NCBI RefSeq assembly: GCF_009914755.1
Contig: NC_060937.1
Strand: one strand, 5' to 3'
DNA length: 64,000 nt
DNA from: the human T2T-CHM13v2.0 reference genome, Homo sapiens
The stretch's first letter is position 1; each line of letters starts with the position of its first letter. The position numbers were made by a program, and so were the translations under genes. This document shows, piece after piece, positions 42,402 through 56,222 of the stretch. Under the pieces are notes generated by a model. The model was not told the DNA's origin. It saw nothing but the letters and a program-made list of their open reading frames with translations, and ran no database searches.

Positions 42402-42989
42402 AAAAACTATTTTGGGGATGATATCAATTTTTCAAATAACACAAATCAAATTGTATCAAAATAATTGAAAAATGCAAAATATCTATATTAGGACTGTTTT
42501 ACTTGCAAAAGACAGAACTCTAACTTTACCTTTCATATTTAAGAAAAATGATTTGTTTTAAAGGTAACGTGACAACCTGAAGGGCAAGGAAATATACATT
42601 CCCTCGAGAACAACCAGAATGGGATTCTTGAATGCCACCAGGACTTTTTCTCCAGCTTTTTCAGGTACTTGTCTGCTTTTCCCACCCAGGAAAAGCAGGG
42701 TTACCAGTGTGTCTCAAGTGTCACGTCTGTAATAGTTTCCTAGGGCGACTATAACAATGTACCACAAACCAGAAAGCTTTTTAAGAAAGAATTTTATTGT
42801 CTCGCAGTTCTGGAGGCCAGAAGTCTGAGATCAATGTGTTGGCAGGGCCATGCTCCCTCTGAAGGCACTGGGGAAGGATCTATTTCTGGCCTGTCTCTCT
42901 GAGCTTCTGATAGTTCCTTGGCTTGTTGCAACATAAATAACTCCATTCCTCACATGGTAAGGCATTTTCTGTGTCCAAATTTCCCCTTT

Positions 42990-45383
42990 ATATTAAAAAA
43001 ATTTTTTTCACTGAAACTTCAGGCTTTGTTGAATTCCGTTGTTTTTTCCCGTAGTTTTATTGTAATATAATTGACAAATAAAAATTATGTATACATATTT
43101 AAGATATACGATGTAATGTCTTGAATAGACATACACACTGTGAAGTGATTACCATAATCCATCTAATTGGCATATCTACCACCTCATATAGTTACCATTT
43201 TGTGTGTGTGTGGTGGTAATACTTAAGATCTATTCTCTTAGCAAACTTCAAATATACAGTAAATTCTTAACAACTATAGTCAACGTGTGTACATGAGGTC
43301 TCCAGAACTTATTTATCTTATAACTGCAAAATGTTTGACCAACATTTCCTTATTTTTCTCACCCCTCACCCCTGGTAACTAACGTTTTTCTCTTTGTTCA
43401 CATGAGTTTGACTTTTTTAGATATCGCATAAAAATGGGATCATGCAATATTTGTCTGTTTGTATTTGGCTTATTTTACTTAGTTAACATAACATCTTCTA
43501 GATTCATCTGTGTCATCACAAATGGCAGGATTTCCTTCTTTTATAAGGCTGAATAGTGAGTGCTCCATTGCATATCTACAGTGGTGCATCATTTAATGAC
43601 GGGGAGCTTTCCAAAAAATGCATGTTTAGGTAGCTTCATCATTGTGTGAACATGATAGAGTAGACCTCCACAACCAGATGGTATAGCATACTACACACCT
43701 AGGCTATGTGGTATAGCCACTTGTTCTTAGGCTACAAACCTATACAGCATGTTACAGTACTGAAATAGTGTAGGCAATTGTAAAACAATGGTATTTGCGT
43801 ATCTAAACATAATTAAACTAGAAAAGGCATAGTACAAATACAGCATAAAACATTAAAAAGGGCCCACTTGTGTAGGGCACGGGCCATGAATGTAGCTTGC
43901 AAGACTGGAAGTTGCTCTGGGTGAGTCAGTGAGTGAGTGGCGAGTGAATGTAAAGGCCTAGGATATTACAGTTTACATTTTTTTTAATTTGTTCTTTCAA
44001 TAATAAATTAAACTTAGCTATTATTATTCAACAATAATTAACCTTAGTATAACTTTATTCTTATAATGAACTTCTTTTCATTATAAACTTTTTAGATATT
44101 ATTTGACTTTTCAGCACTTTGTAACAACAGCTTAAAATACAAACACATTGAATAGCTGTACAAAAATATTTTCTTTCTTTATATACTTTTTCTATTTTAC
44201 AATTTTTAGTTTTTAATTTTTTTACTTTTTAAACTTTCTTGTTAAAAACTAAGACACAAACACACACATCAGCTTAGGCCTACACAGGATGAGTATCATC
44301 AAGATATCACTGGGTGATGGAAATATTTTGGCTCCATAGATTAGAATCTTTCTGGACTATCTTTGTATCTGCAGTCTATCACTGACAGAAACACTGGTGT
44401 GCAGTGCATGACTGTATATGCAAAAATTTTGTGTGTATTCATCACTCAGTGGATACTTAGTTGTTTCTATATTTTTACTACTGTGAATAATGCTGAAATG
44501 AGCATAAGAGTGCAGATATCTCTTCAAGATACTGGTTTTATCTCCTTTGAGTAAATATTCATTAGTGGGATTGCTGGATTATTATATTTTTTAATTTTTG
44601 AGGAAACATCATAGAATTTTCATAATAGTTGTACCAATCTACACTCCCACCAAAAACATATAGGGTTTCCCTTTTCTCCATATCCTCACCATTACTTGTT
44701 ATCTTTTGACTTTTTGATAATAGCCATGCAAACAGATGTGGGGTAGTATCATATTGTGAGTTTAATTTGCATTTTCATTATGATTAGCGATATTGAGCAC
44801 CTTTTCATGTATCTATTGGCCACTCGTATGCATTCATTTGAGAAATGTCTGTTCAGATTTGTGCCCATTTTTAAGTGGGTTATCTTGTTTATGTTTTTGA
44901 GTTGTATGAGTTCCTAATATATTTTTGATATTAACCGCTGGTTAGATATGTGATTTGTAAATATTCTTTCCCATTTCATAGATTACCTTTTAATTTGTTG
45001 ATTGTTTCCTTTGTTGTGCCAAATCTTTTTAGTTTCATGTAGTTTATTTATTTATGAGTTTCTTGTATATTTTGGATATCAATTCCTTTTTAGATACATG
45101 ATTTGTAAATTTTTTTTCCATTTCATAGGTTGTCTTTAAGAAATTTCTTGATTGTTTCCTTTGCTGTGCAAAATCTTTTCAGTTTGATGTAGTTTGCCTA
45201 TTTATTTATTTATGTATTACCTGTACTTTGGCTTCATTTCCAAAATATAATTGCCAAGTCCAATGTCATGAAGTTTCTCCTCTGTTTTCTTCTAGGAGTT
45301 TTATGTTTTCAGGTCTTACACTTAAATCTTTAATCCATTATGAATTGACTTTTGCATATAGTGTAAGCAAAGATCAATTTCAT
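42990..45383 (-). mobile_element. L1MA9-like element with nested Tigger3 and an internal tandem duplication
   Basis: L1MA9-type 3' end at ~43045. 14-bp TSD CAAATTTCCCCTTT at 42976-42989 and 45384-45397. Confidence 0.85.
43579..44414 (+). mobile_element. Tigger3b/c (MER7/GOLEM-type) non-autonomous DNA transposon
   Basis: Termini CAGTGGTGCATCATTTAATGACGGGG...GCAGTGCATGACTG flanked by TA (43577-78, 44415-16). Internal CTACACACCTAGGCTA...GGCTACAAACC. Confidence 0.85.
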
Positions 45384-45875
45384 CAAATTTCCCCTTTTCA
45401 TGAGGACACAAGCAACATGGAATTAACAATCAACCCTACTCCAATATGACCTCATCTCAACATGAATAATTACATCTGCACTATTTAAAGGAAAGTCAAA
45501 TTCAAACATAACGGGGCATTATGATTTCAACACAAGAATCTGGAGGGGACAAAATTCAACCCATTACAATATCTTATACCTTCACCCACTCTATAAATTG
45601 ATGCCTTCAGGCCTCCAAATTCCAGAAGATTAACTGTAAGTCCAAGGGAAAAAAGAAAGCAAACTACAGTCTGATTTTACGTCAAGTACTAACCCTTCAC
45701 CCAATCAAAGGGGACCCAGCAGAGTCTCATTTTACTTACATGGAAGAAGTCTTGATGGAGCCTTCCTCCATGATGTGGATGAAGTAACAGGCAGAAAATG
45801 ATATTGAGAAGACAACATCTACTGCAAGAGTTGTGTAAATACTATATATTTTAAAATGAATAGCTCCATGTGACT

Positions 45876-46939
45876 ATGATAGATTGTATTTTCCACAGAT
45901 AGCCACACAAATATACATACATATATACAATATATGTAATATTGCTATACATTATATATAAATTATAGAACTAATATGTTACACACATATTTATGTGTGT
46001 TTACGTGTGTATATGTGTATATATATATTTATATATGTATATATATATTTATATATATATAAAATCCCATTTCACATGCCATTCTTATAATAAGATTGGC
46101 ATTTTTTTCCCACTGAGAGTTAAGGGCTATGTTCCCTCCCCTTAAATCTGGGCAGATATTTGTAACTGTCTCGACCAATAATATACCATGGAAGTATTGC
46201 CATGTGCCTTCTGAGGCTAGGTAATTAAATGCAATATAGCTTCTGCCTGGCTTTGTCTGTCTCTTTCTCTCTTGGGATGCTAGGACCCAGAGACCATGTT
46301 ATAAGGAAGCATAGGCCACATGGAGGTGTCCAGGCAACAGCTCCAGCTAAGGTCTCAGTGGAAAGCCAGCATCAACAGCTGGACGAGGAATAAATGAGCC
46401 TTCAGGTGTTTCCATCTTCCAGCCTTCCAGACCCTAACTGAGTTCCTAGACAATGTGAAATTTGAGATATCAGTGCCCACTGTGCCTTGTCGAATTCCCA
46501 ACTCACACCAACCTTGAGAGATAATAATGATTGATGTTCTTAGCCATTGCTTTGGCTGAATTCTATCTCCCCCTAATTTATATGTATCCCCTGGTACCTC
46601 GGAATGTGACTGTATTTGAAGATAGGACCTTTAAAGAGATGATTAAGTTATAATGAGGCCAGTAGACTGAGTCCTAAACCAACCTGAGTGATGCCCTTTT
46701 AAAAAGAGAGAGACACATCAGGAGTGCTCATACACAGAGGCGAAGCCACGTGAGGACACAGAAAAAAGGTGACACCTGAAAGCCAAGAAGAGAAGTCTCA
46801 GGAGAGGCCAAACCTACCAACACCCTCAGGTTGGACTTCCAGAACTGTCATAAAATACATTTCTGCTGTTTAAGCCACCCAGTGGCTTGTATTTTGGTAT
46901 GCAGCCCTAGTAAACTAATACAGCCAGATAACTAATACA
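45876..46939 (+). mobile_element. MLT1H-like LTR containing a (TA)-rich tract (45910-46062) and a nested MLT1B
   Basis: AGATTGTATTTTCCACAGATAGCCAC...TTCTGAGGCTAGG...AGCCAGCATCAAC...GATAACTAATACA. Confidence 0.65.
46548..46922 (+). mobile_element. MLT1B MaLR LTR
   Basis: GAATGTGACTGTATTTGAAGATAGG...GTGAGGACACAG...TTTAAGCCACCCAG...AAACTAATACA. TSD GCCAT/GCCAG. Confidence 0.8.
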
Positions 46940-47619
46940 ATGATATTCAACTAGAGTAGTATGTATGAAATTAAACAAGACCACTTGACCTTTAAGAGCT
47001 TACAATAAAAATAGTCTTGATGCCAACAGTTAACTTATAAATATTACAAGTAACATATGAACAAACATATAAACATGTAATACAGTTATTTACATTACAC
47101 CCATGCTTTAGGGAAAATCAATTAGAAATTCAGGTTCTTTAATAAATAAAGCACCATAAATTATGCCATAAGAATTTTCTCAGTAATAAATATTCCTATC
47201 ACCATTTTTACTTAATGAATATTATAGAGTTTATGTCTTGTTTTGATGTAGAAATATAATTTTGAAAATACTTCCACTTTAAATACATGTGTAGCAATTA
47301 TCCAAGAATAATTCATAATATGCATAAATAATGAGGTACCTTCTGCAGTATCACTTCAAATGATGCAATCTTCCTGTGGGATATAACACTGAAGGTAGGC
47401 AATTCTGATATGCGGAGTTCAGGTTTAGAGTTGCCAGATTCAGAAATGGTGTCTGAAAAATTTTTGTTGAGAATTCCATGAATCCAAGAAAGCAGAGAAC
47501 AGGGAATCCATTGTTAGTCTAAAGAAATGACATCTACCAATCATTGAGCACGATTTTAGAAACATAATTTATATGTTTTATATAATGGTTATTGCATATA
47601 TGATAGTCTACAATTTACA

Positions 47620-47710
47620 ATAGTTATTTCCACTTTACAAAGGAAGATATTAGGTCAGAAAGATTAAGTAACTTGTGCAAAGCCACACAATTAGGAACTG
47701 CTGAAACTAT
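47620..47710 (-). mobile_element. MIR fragment
   Basis: TTTACAAAGGAAG...GATTAAGTAACTTGTGCAAAGCCACAC. Confidence 0.55.
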
Positions 47711-47836
47711 TACCATCATTATAATTCACAGCAGCAGCAGCCAGAATGAGTCCAAAATCATGCATTTTTTACTTAAATACGAGCCAGTTAACTATACATT
47801 TTCCCATAACTGATGGTATGCATGGGGCCTTTATTT

Positions 47837-47839
<3 letters not shown>

Positions 47840-47887
<48 letters not shown>

Positions 47888-47892
47888 TTTTT
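47840..47892. repeat. (TA)19 followed by poly-T
   Basis: Pure TA run abutting a T tract. Confidence 0.95.
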
Positions 47893-47965
47893 CCAATTAT
47901 TAAAGAGTATAGCCCACAAAATTGTATGTCACATAAATATTCATTGCTATTATTGGAAGAATAAT

Positions 47966-48308
47966 TGTCTTAGTCCATCTGGGCTACTATAACAAGTACC
48001 TTTATAAGAATAGAAATTTATTTCTTAACAGTTCTCGAGGCTGGGAAGTCCAAAATCAAGGCACTAGCAGATTCAGTGTTTGGTGAGGAACTATTCCTCA
48101 CAAATGGCACCTTCTGTTGTCCTCAGATGGTGGAAGGGGTGAGGCAACTCCCTTCAACCTCTCATGTAAGGACACTAATCCCATTCATGAGGGCAGAGAC
48201 TTCATAACTTAATTACTTTTTAAAGGCCCTCCCTCTTAATAATATCACATTGGGTATTAGGTTTCAATAGATGAATTTTGCTGGGAGACCAACGTTCAGA
48301 CAATAACA
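47966..48308 (-). mobile_element. MLT1A/A0 MaLR LTR
   Basis: TGTCTTAGTCCAT...GGCTGGGAAGTCCAAAATCAAGGCA...CACTAATCCCATTCATGAGGGC...TTCAGACAATAACA. Confidence 0.85.
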
Positions 48309-48349
48309 AATAATTTTAAGTACATGTCCAAGACAGATTACTAGAATTA

Positions 48350-49640
48350 CCTTGAGGCATGCAGGGAAGCATGATGGGTTAAAGTGACTACTGATTTTTT
48401 TTTAGCCCAGCCCACCTACTCCTCCCCCTGTTCTTCAGATAAAAACCCAAGCTTCAGGCCTTAAAGATAGAGTGACCCAAGTAAGACTAATCTGTTATTT
48501 TCTCCCAGGAAATTTAATTTTAATATTATCTCATGTCATCTGAAAGCAAGTCCTAAAAAAGAAAAAGTTATAAATACTTGCTCTGAGATCCTCAAAACTG
48601 CAATTGTCCTGTATACCCTGAGACTCGGTGGTTCATCTCTTTGTTCAATTTTGGTGAGCCACCAGTCAATCACTTTTATGAGAAGCTTATTAGAGTAAGT
48701 TTCTGATATTTTTGTCCTAAAAAATAGTAAATGGAAATTGGGACCAGGGATTGAGTTACAGACACCAAAAACAGAGAAATGTGCAGAATTTGGATCTGGT
48801 CATCAGGCCAAAATTATAAGACTTTTATAGACATTGGAAAACAGCAAAGAAGCTGCCCATGCTTCTCAGTGGTGAAAGCTGCCCTCAGTTATCTGTAGGC
48901 TGCTGGGGTTGGGTGCAGATCTTGGGGGATGTGTAGCTTCTGACATAAATTTAAAAAGAAGGAAAAACACCAGAACCATGAATATGATGGCTGATGTATT
49001 AGTTCGTTTTCATGCGCTGATAAAGACATACCCAAGACTGAGTAATTTATAAAGAAAAGGAAGTTTAATGGACTCACAGTTCCACGTGGCTGGGGAGGCC
49101 TCACAATCATAGTGGAAGGCAAAAGGCATGTCTTACATGGCAGCAGGCAAAGAGAGAGAATGAGAGCCAGACGAAAAAGGAAATCCCTTATAAAACCATC
49201 AGATATCATGAGACTTATTCACTCCCAGGAGAACAGTACTGGGGGAAGCCCACCCCCATGATTCAATTATCTCCCACTGGGTCCCTCCCACAACATATAG
49301 GAATTATGGGAGCTACAATTCAAGATAAGATTTGGATGGGGACACAGTAAAACTGTATCAGTTGATTTTGATAGCATTTGATATCTTTGAGTGATATGCT
49401 ATATAAAAATCTTGCCTTAAGATTTAGAATAAAACTCAGGATCATTTTGTTGTGAATTGAAACAATAGAGATTAGTCTCTTGAAACAAAATTTGAAGACT
49501 AGTTCTGCTGCATTGCAACACCTCTGTCAGTGAAACCTCATCCCCTTTGAGTAAAGAAACTGCCTCACAGTCAGAGCCTGTAAGAGTGTCCATAAACCAT
49601 TAGCATTCCTCAGCTTCTAACACATGAAATTGAAGCACAA
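48350..49640 (+). mobile_element. Old MLT1-type LTR plus probable MaLR internal sequence, interrupted by THE1
   Basis: Weak LTR-like 3' end near 48690-48730 followed by GGAAATTGGGACCAGG (MaLR-int-like start). Heavily diverged. Confidence 0.3.
48995..49360 (-). mobile_element. THE1B/C MaLR solo LTR
   Basis: TGTATTAGTTCGTTTTCATGC...GGGGACACAGTAAAACTGTATCA. TSD GCTGA/GTTGA. Confidence 0.92.
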
Positions 49641-52369
49641 TTTAGTAAAATGTTGTAGCCGAAGATCAAATACCTCCATCCCAGCATAGTCAGTTTCCGG
49701 CAATTTGTCTTTTCCATTACAAGAAGAATAGCCTTCCATACATTTCATGCCACTTGATCCAGAACATCAGCCTGTGTCTCAGGTGGCTTGTCTATATGCT
49801 TGGAGCAACAGAAGTTCTTTCATATTCCATTTGCAGACCCTGTGTATTGCCCTCTCCAGGAACAAAGTCAGTAGTTTGGGAATTTGGTGTCTGACATAGG
49901 GGTCATAAAAATCATCTTTAGAAGTCCTCCTATCTCAGTATCCTCATAGGTATGCTGAAGAATTGAGCACTTCAGCTAATAAGGCTTCATTGAATCTCTC
50001 CTCAATCCTGAACTTCTGCCAAGCATTCTTTCTGCATTGGGGTTTTAAGTATTTTGTAGAATCCCTTCCAATGCAACTGTATCATAGTCAATGGATAATC
50101 TTCAAATAAAGACAGACGTTTAAGATACTGCTCCTACCCTTGCACACCAGTGCCTCAACAGGGTTATAATCATATAACCATGGAAGTATGGGCTGCACAA
50201 GAATTATTGATTTCCTGGTTATCTTGAGTGAAGACTCAAAATGTATTTACCCTGGGCATGCATCTTTAATCAAATAGAACTTGCCTCTAATTGGCCACAT
50301 CTCTGGCTGGCAGGTCATTCAGTATCCCCATCCACTCCTTTACATCAAATGATATTTCTAAATCCTTAGATAATACCCATAATCATTGTTAAACATTATT
50401 GTTGTTTCTTACACTACACAGGCTATGATCACATATGAGCACAATCATTGACCATTGTCATAGTTCCTTTTGCTATACTAAGTCTCAGTAAGCCTTGGTC
50501 CTCCACCATTATCTTACCCTGATGCACTTGGCACTCTACAGAGATCTTGCACACAGTTCTACTTTCTCCTTAATCTATGCTTAACCACAGAAAAGAACCT
50601 CAGGTCTTCACAGCAGAAGCCCTGACTCCTCCTAGGGAGCTATATATGACAGCAGAACTAGGTTTCTAGCACTTACAGAAATTCTATGTTGATACATCAC
50701 ACAACCTACTCGGTATGCTTTCTAATACTTCTTCCTTACATTAAGCGTTCTTTGGCATGTCTGTTCCCAAAAGTTAAATGTTTCTGCCTTTGTGCAGTCC
50801 ATTGTGTATATCTTTGCTAAAAGAAATCTTTTCATATCATGTAAATTCTTTGTATACATGCCTTCTCCTTCTAGGCCAGAACTATGTTGTGTGCTAGCCC
50901 TTTCCTTAATGTTCTATGTTATTAATAGATCTTGTGACCTAGCACATATTAAATAAAAGTCTTCTCATTAAATAAATTAATAAATACATATCCTAATCAC
51001 TTAAAGAATAGGCAGGATTTTATTCTAATGGTTTCTGAAACTGTCAAGAGGAACTGCTCTCTCTTTTCGTTTTTCCCAAATGAAGTGTGCATTTTGTTTC
51101 TCCCACAGTAAAATGAGAGAGGGCAGGAAAAAGATCAGTATGAGAAAGTCAGCATAGAACCTGAAAAGCCTGACCAGGGAGAGGTGGTTTTTCCCCCTTC
51201 TGCGAATGTGTTGGAATGAATAACGAATCAGAAATCAGAACATCAAAATTCTTATTTTAGTTTTACAAAAATGTCAAATTCGTTTCCACTCCCTTCTCCA
51301 GAAAGTGGAAATAAAACTTGTCCTTTAGCCTTCAGATTGAGGGTCTTTCAGATTAAACCTGTTTTTGTGGAGAAAATATGTTAAATTTTTTTTTATTTTG
51401 AAAAATTTCAAACATTTTATTATACCTCAAGTAAAGATTTGAAATACATGTTAAACCTCATTGAGTAACTCATATTGGGGAGCAAATGCCTTAGTAAAAT
51501 TAAATAAACAGTTCTCTTGAGGAAAGGTTCGTACTTATTTGTAACATGTCATTTACATTTTCTAATTGGTTATCTTAGTATTCTAAAAGTAAATTTTAGA
51601 AAATTTTGTTATTTGAATTTTAATTTGCAAACTATTGTGTCCTTTAGCATATTTGGATACAATTTGCGTAAACAGTATAATTATAATTATCTGCTTTCCC
51701 CAAAAGATTAGAAAGGAAAACTACTAATTAATCTCATTTACATGTGGATAAGGTTAATTGCTAAAACCAATTTTTATTTTCTCTAGGTAAGCTGTAATAA
51801 ATGTTGTCATGCTATTAAGATATAACATAGATATTATACTATGTATCAAATTGAATAATAATTATATTTATGTAGTATCTTTCACTACTTGTTTTCAAAG
51901 ATAATTTTCTGCTTATTAAAGAACACATTATCAAATTAAAGGGCTGCTTTCTTCCTGCCAGAAAGATACAATCTAGCCTTTCTACACCAGTGTTCCCTTA
52001 TCTTCTGTACCTTACTTTCATGGTATTTATCTTTCTCTATACAAATATAAATACAAATCAAATCTCTTGTATTGGTAAAATATAAAATAAATATTAATTT
52101 GTATCAATATAAAACAAATATTTAAAATATAAGTATACAAGTTAATAATTATTATGTATTCATATTTGTAAGGCTGTTTTTATTTGTTCAGTTATTGAAT
52201 ACTTTCCCCTTGATCTAGATTCCTGTTCACTACTAAGTGGTTATTTCCTTAATTGATCCTCTTTTCTCCCAATGTTCAGGCATCTTTTTTATTTTCAGGC
52301 TATTTTAAATAATTCCCAATAAGTACTTACTAAAGTCATTCGTGTGGCCTTTTACTGTGGCTCTAAATG

Positions 52370-53065
52370 TTCCAGAGATGTCTTCCTAAAACATAAATTT
52401 ATTCATGTAACTTTATTGGATAAAATCCTTCAAAGTCTCTGTTCTAGAAGATAGCCCAACTCCCTGGCTAGCATATAAATCCTTAACGATTTCCTTTTGC
52501 CTATATGTCTATGCTCAGCTCCAGCTATAATCCAGAATAGCCTGGGTTCCAAGAAAATCAAGTTACTCAGAATTCCTGGAACCCAGGAAACATTTCACAC
52601 CTCAAGGCCAGTTGCTCCTGAAATTAGTGAAACAGAAGCATCCAGCTGCTCACTATGAAAACTGAAAGTTTCTGGGTGCTTTGGAAGGTTCCAGGAATAA
52701 ACAGGAAGTCAGGTTGCAATTAAAAAATATTTCTTTGGAAGCATTTCTGTTAAATTGCCTAAAGGGATTTCAGAAGAAAGGAATTTAAAATTTCAGAGAC
52801 TCCAATTTTTTTTGTAATATGTATTCTCATTTTTAAAACATACTCATTTATATATTAATTTTGAATTTATAAATTTGTATTATTTTTTCCAGAAAGGGCC
52901 CCTGGATCCATCCCTTTTCAAAACTCTATATCTTTGCCCATGATTTTTTCGTCTTAGTTTACTTCCCTTTTTTTCAATTGAAAAAAAATCCTACTGGACT
53001 TTCAAGACTCAGTTTAAAATTCCTTTCCTCTGTTCTCTCACCTCCCAGCATTCTAGAAATCATTC
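52370..53065 (+). mobile_element. L2 fragments
   Basis: CTTCCTAAAACATAAAT...AAAATCCTTCAA...AACTCCCTGGCTAGCAT and CTTTCAAGACTCAGTTTAAA. Confidence 0.55.
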
Positions 53066-53082
53066 AGAAGTTCTTCATTTGT

Positions 53083-53658
<576 letters not shown>

Positions 53659-53719
53659 TAAAGAGTTTATCATATTGTATTTGGCCATCACATAATTACT
53701 TGTTCACATGTTTAAAGTT

Positions 53720-54545
<826 letters not shown>

Positions 54546-54971
54546 AAGCAAAAATACACTAGGAATTTTGGCATATATGAATATACACAAAAATAGCATT
54601 CATAATGAAAAGAATATTTGAAAGTTGGTTTATAAACTATTAATAATATATGTTAAGCACCAGAATTATAATATCTCAAAATCATGGTACATTAGCATTT
54701 TGTCTACACATAGTGCATTAGGATTTTGTCTAGACTGGTCAAAATAGAGAGAAAGCAATATAGATTTTCAAATGTACCCTGTGGGAGTTAAACCTAAATA
54801 CAGTACTCTCTGTAGTATTATATTCCCTGTGACCTGGAGATTCAGAGCTAATTCTGAGAACAATCAGTTGTAAGTACTCCCATGTTCTAAAACTAAGAAG
54901 CAAAGGTGTCTACCTGGGACTTGCAAGGATTCAAACAAAAATAGTTTTGCCAACTTAATTCCATTCCCCAC

Positions 54972-55375
54972 TGATAAGTTTGGATATTTGTCCCTGCCCA
55001 AATTTCATGTTGAATTATAATCCCCATTGCTGGAGGTGGGGCCTGGTGGGAGGTGATTGGGTGATGGGGGCGGATCCCTCATGGCTTGGTGCTATCTTTG
55101 GGATAATGAGTTCTCCTGAGATCTAGTTGTTTGAAAGTGTGTGGCACCTCCCTGCTACTCCTCTGTCTTGCTCCAGCTCCCACCATGAAATGTGCAAGCT
55201 CCTGCTTTCCCTTCTACAATAAGTAAAACTCCCTGAGGCCTCCCCAGAAGTCAAGCGCATGCCAGTGCCATGCGTCCTGTAAAGCCTGCAGAACGATGAG
55301 CCAATTAAACCTTTTTTCTTTACAAATTATCCAGTCTCAGGTATTTCTTTATAGCAATACAAGAAAGACAACACA
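54972..55375 (+). mobile_element. MSTA/MSTB MaLR solo LTR
   Basis: TGATAAGTTTGGATATTTGTCCC...GAGCCAATTAAACC...AACACA. TSD CCCAC/CCCAT. Confidence 0.88.
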
Positions 55376-55650
55376 CCCATCTCCAGGCTAAGAGAAGACT
55401 TAGGGAGGAAGAGAGGTCAGTAATTGAGGGGACTTTAGAAGGTGTATTTATGAGTGTGGAATTACTCACCTCTGATCCAACAAAGAGAATTCTTCGTATT
55501 AAGAAAACAAGGAAAAGTGGGAATGGAGCTATCTCTAAAATAGCCACCAAAAAGCCCGTAAAAGAGAACCAAAATTTAGGATCTATCACTTAAAGGAAGC
55601 ACTAATGCCAGATTCCAGCCCAACCAGTCAACAGACACTACTTATCTCTC

Positions 55651-56222
55651 TGTTCCAGTTACAATTGCTTTGTAATGTATTCCCCCAAACACAGAGGTTT
55701 AAACAACTATTTCATCATGTTTGCAGATTCTGAAGGTGAGAAATTCAGAAAAGAAACAGTCCTGATGACTTATCTCTGTCTCCTGATATCTGGGAACTCA
55801 TCAGGAAATACTGGAAGGCTGCAGTTGATTCATCAGCTAGGGACTGGATTCAACTAAAGGCTCATTCACCCACATGTCTAGAGCTTTGGTTGAAGTGACT
55901 CAATGCCTAGGATGACTAACAGGGCTTGCAGACCTGCACCTGGCCTCTTCTGTGGTTTGACTTTCTCACAACCTGGGAACCTCATGGGAGGTAGATATCA
56001 TCCATGGCAGCTCAGAGTTCCAAGCATGAGTATTCCGGGAACAGGTAGAAGTTGCATGGCCTTTTATGACCCAGTCTCAGAGTCACACAGCATGACTTCT
56101 TCCAGACTTGATTGGTTGAACTTAGAATTCACTTCTTTGTGGGAAAATGTTAAAATCACTTGAAATACATCTTGTATAATTGAATATAAAGTTGTGACCA
56201 CCTTTGGAAAATATATTCTGCC
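55651..56222 (-). mobile_element. MLT1H/G-like LTR
   Basis: TGTTCCAGTTACAATTGC...GAAGTTGCATGGCCTTTTATGACCCAGTCTCAGAGTCACACAGCATGACTTC...CTTTGGAAAATATATTCTGCCA. Confidence 0.7.

Larger units (their letters stand above)
42728..45568 (-). mobile_element. MLT1B/C LTR split by an L1 (42728-42989 and 45384-45568)
   Basis: TGTAATAGTTTCCTAGG...CAGTTCTGGAGGCCAGAAGTC...CAAATTTCCCCTTT, resuming CAAATTTCCCCTTTTCATGAGGACAC...AATTCAACCCATTACA. Flanks ACGTC/ATATC. Confidence 0.85.
42485..45800 (-). mobile_element. Old MLT1 (J/K-like) LTR, split into ~42485-42727 and ~45569-45800
   Basis: TTAGGACTGTTTTACTTGCAAAAGACAGAA start. Degenerate continuation after the younger MLT1. Confidence 0.45.

Noticed and set aside
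49086-49098. PRDM9 hotspot motif in THE1
   Set aside because: Reads CCTCCCCAGCCAC, the ordinary consensus form, not the hotspot-associated CCTCCCTAGCCAC. The other two THE1 copies also lack it.
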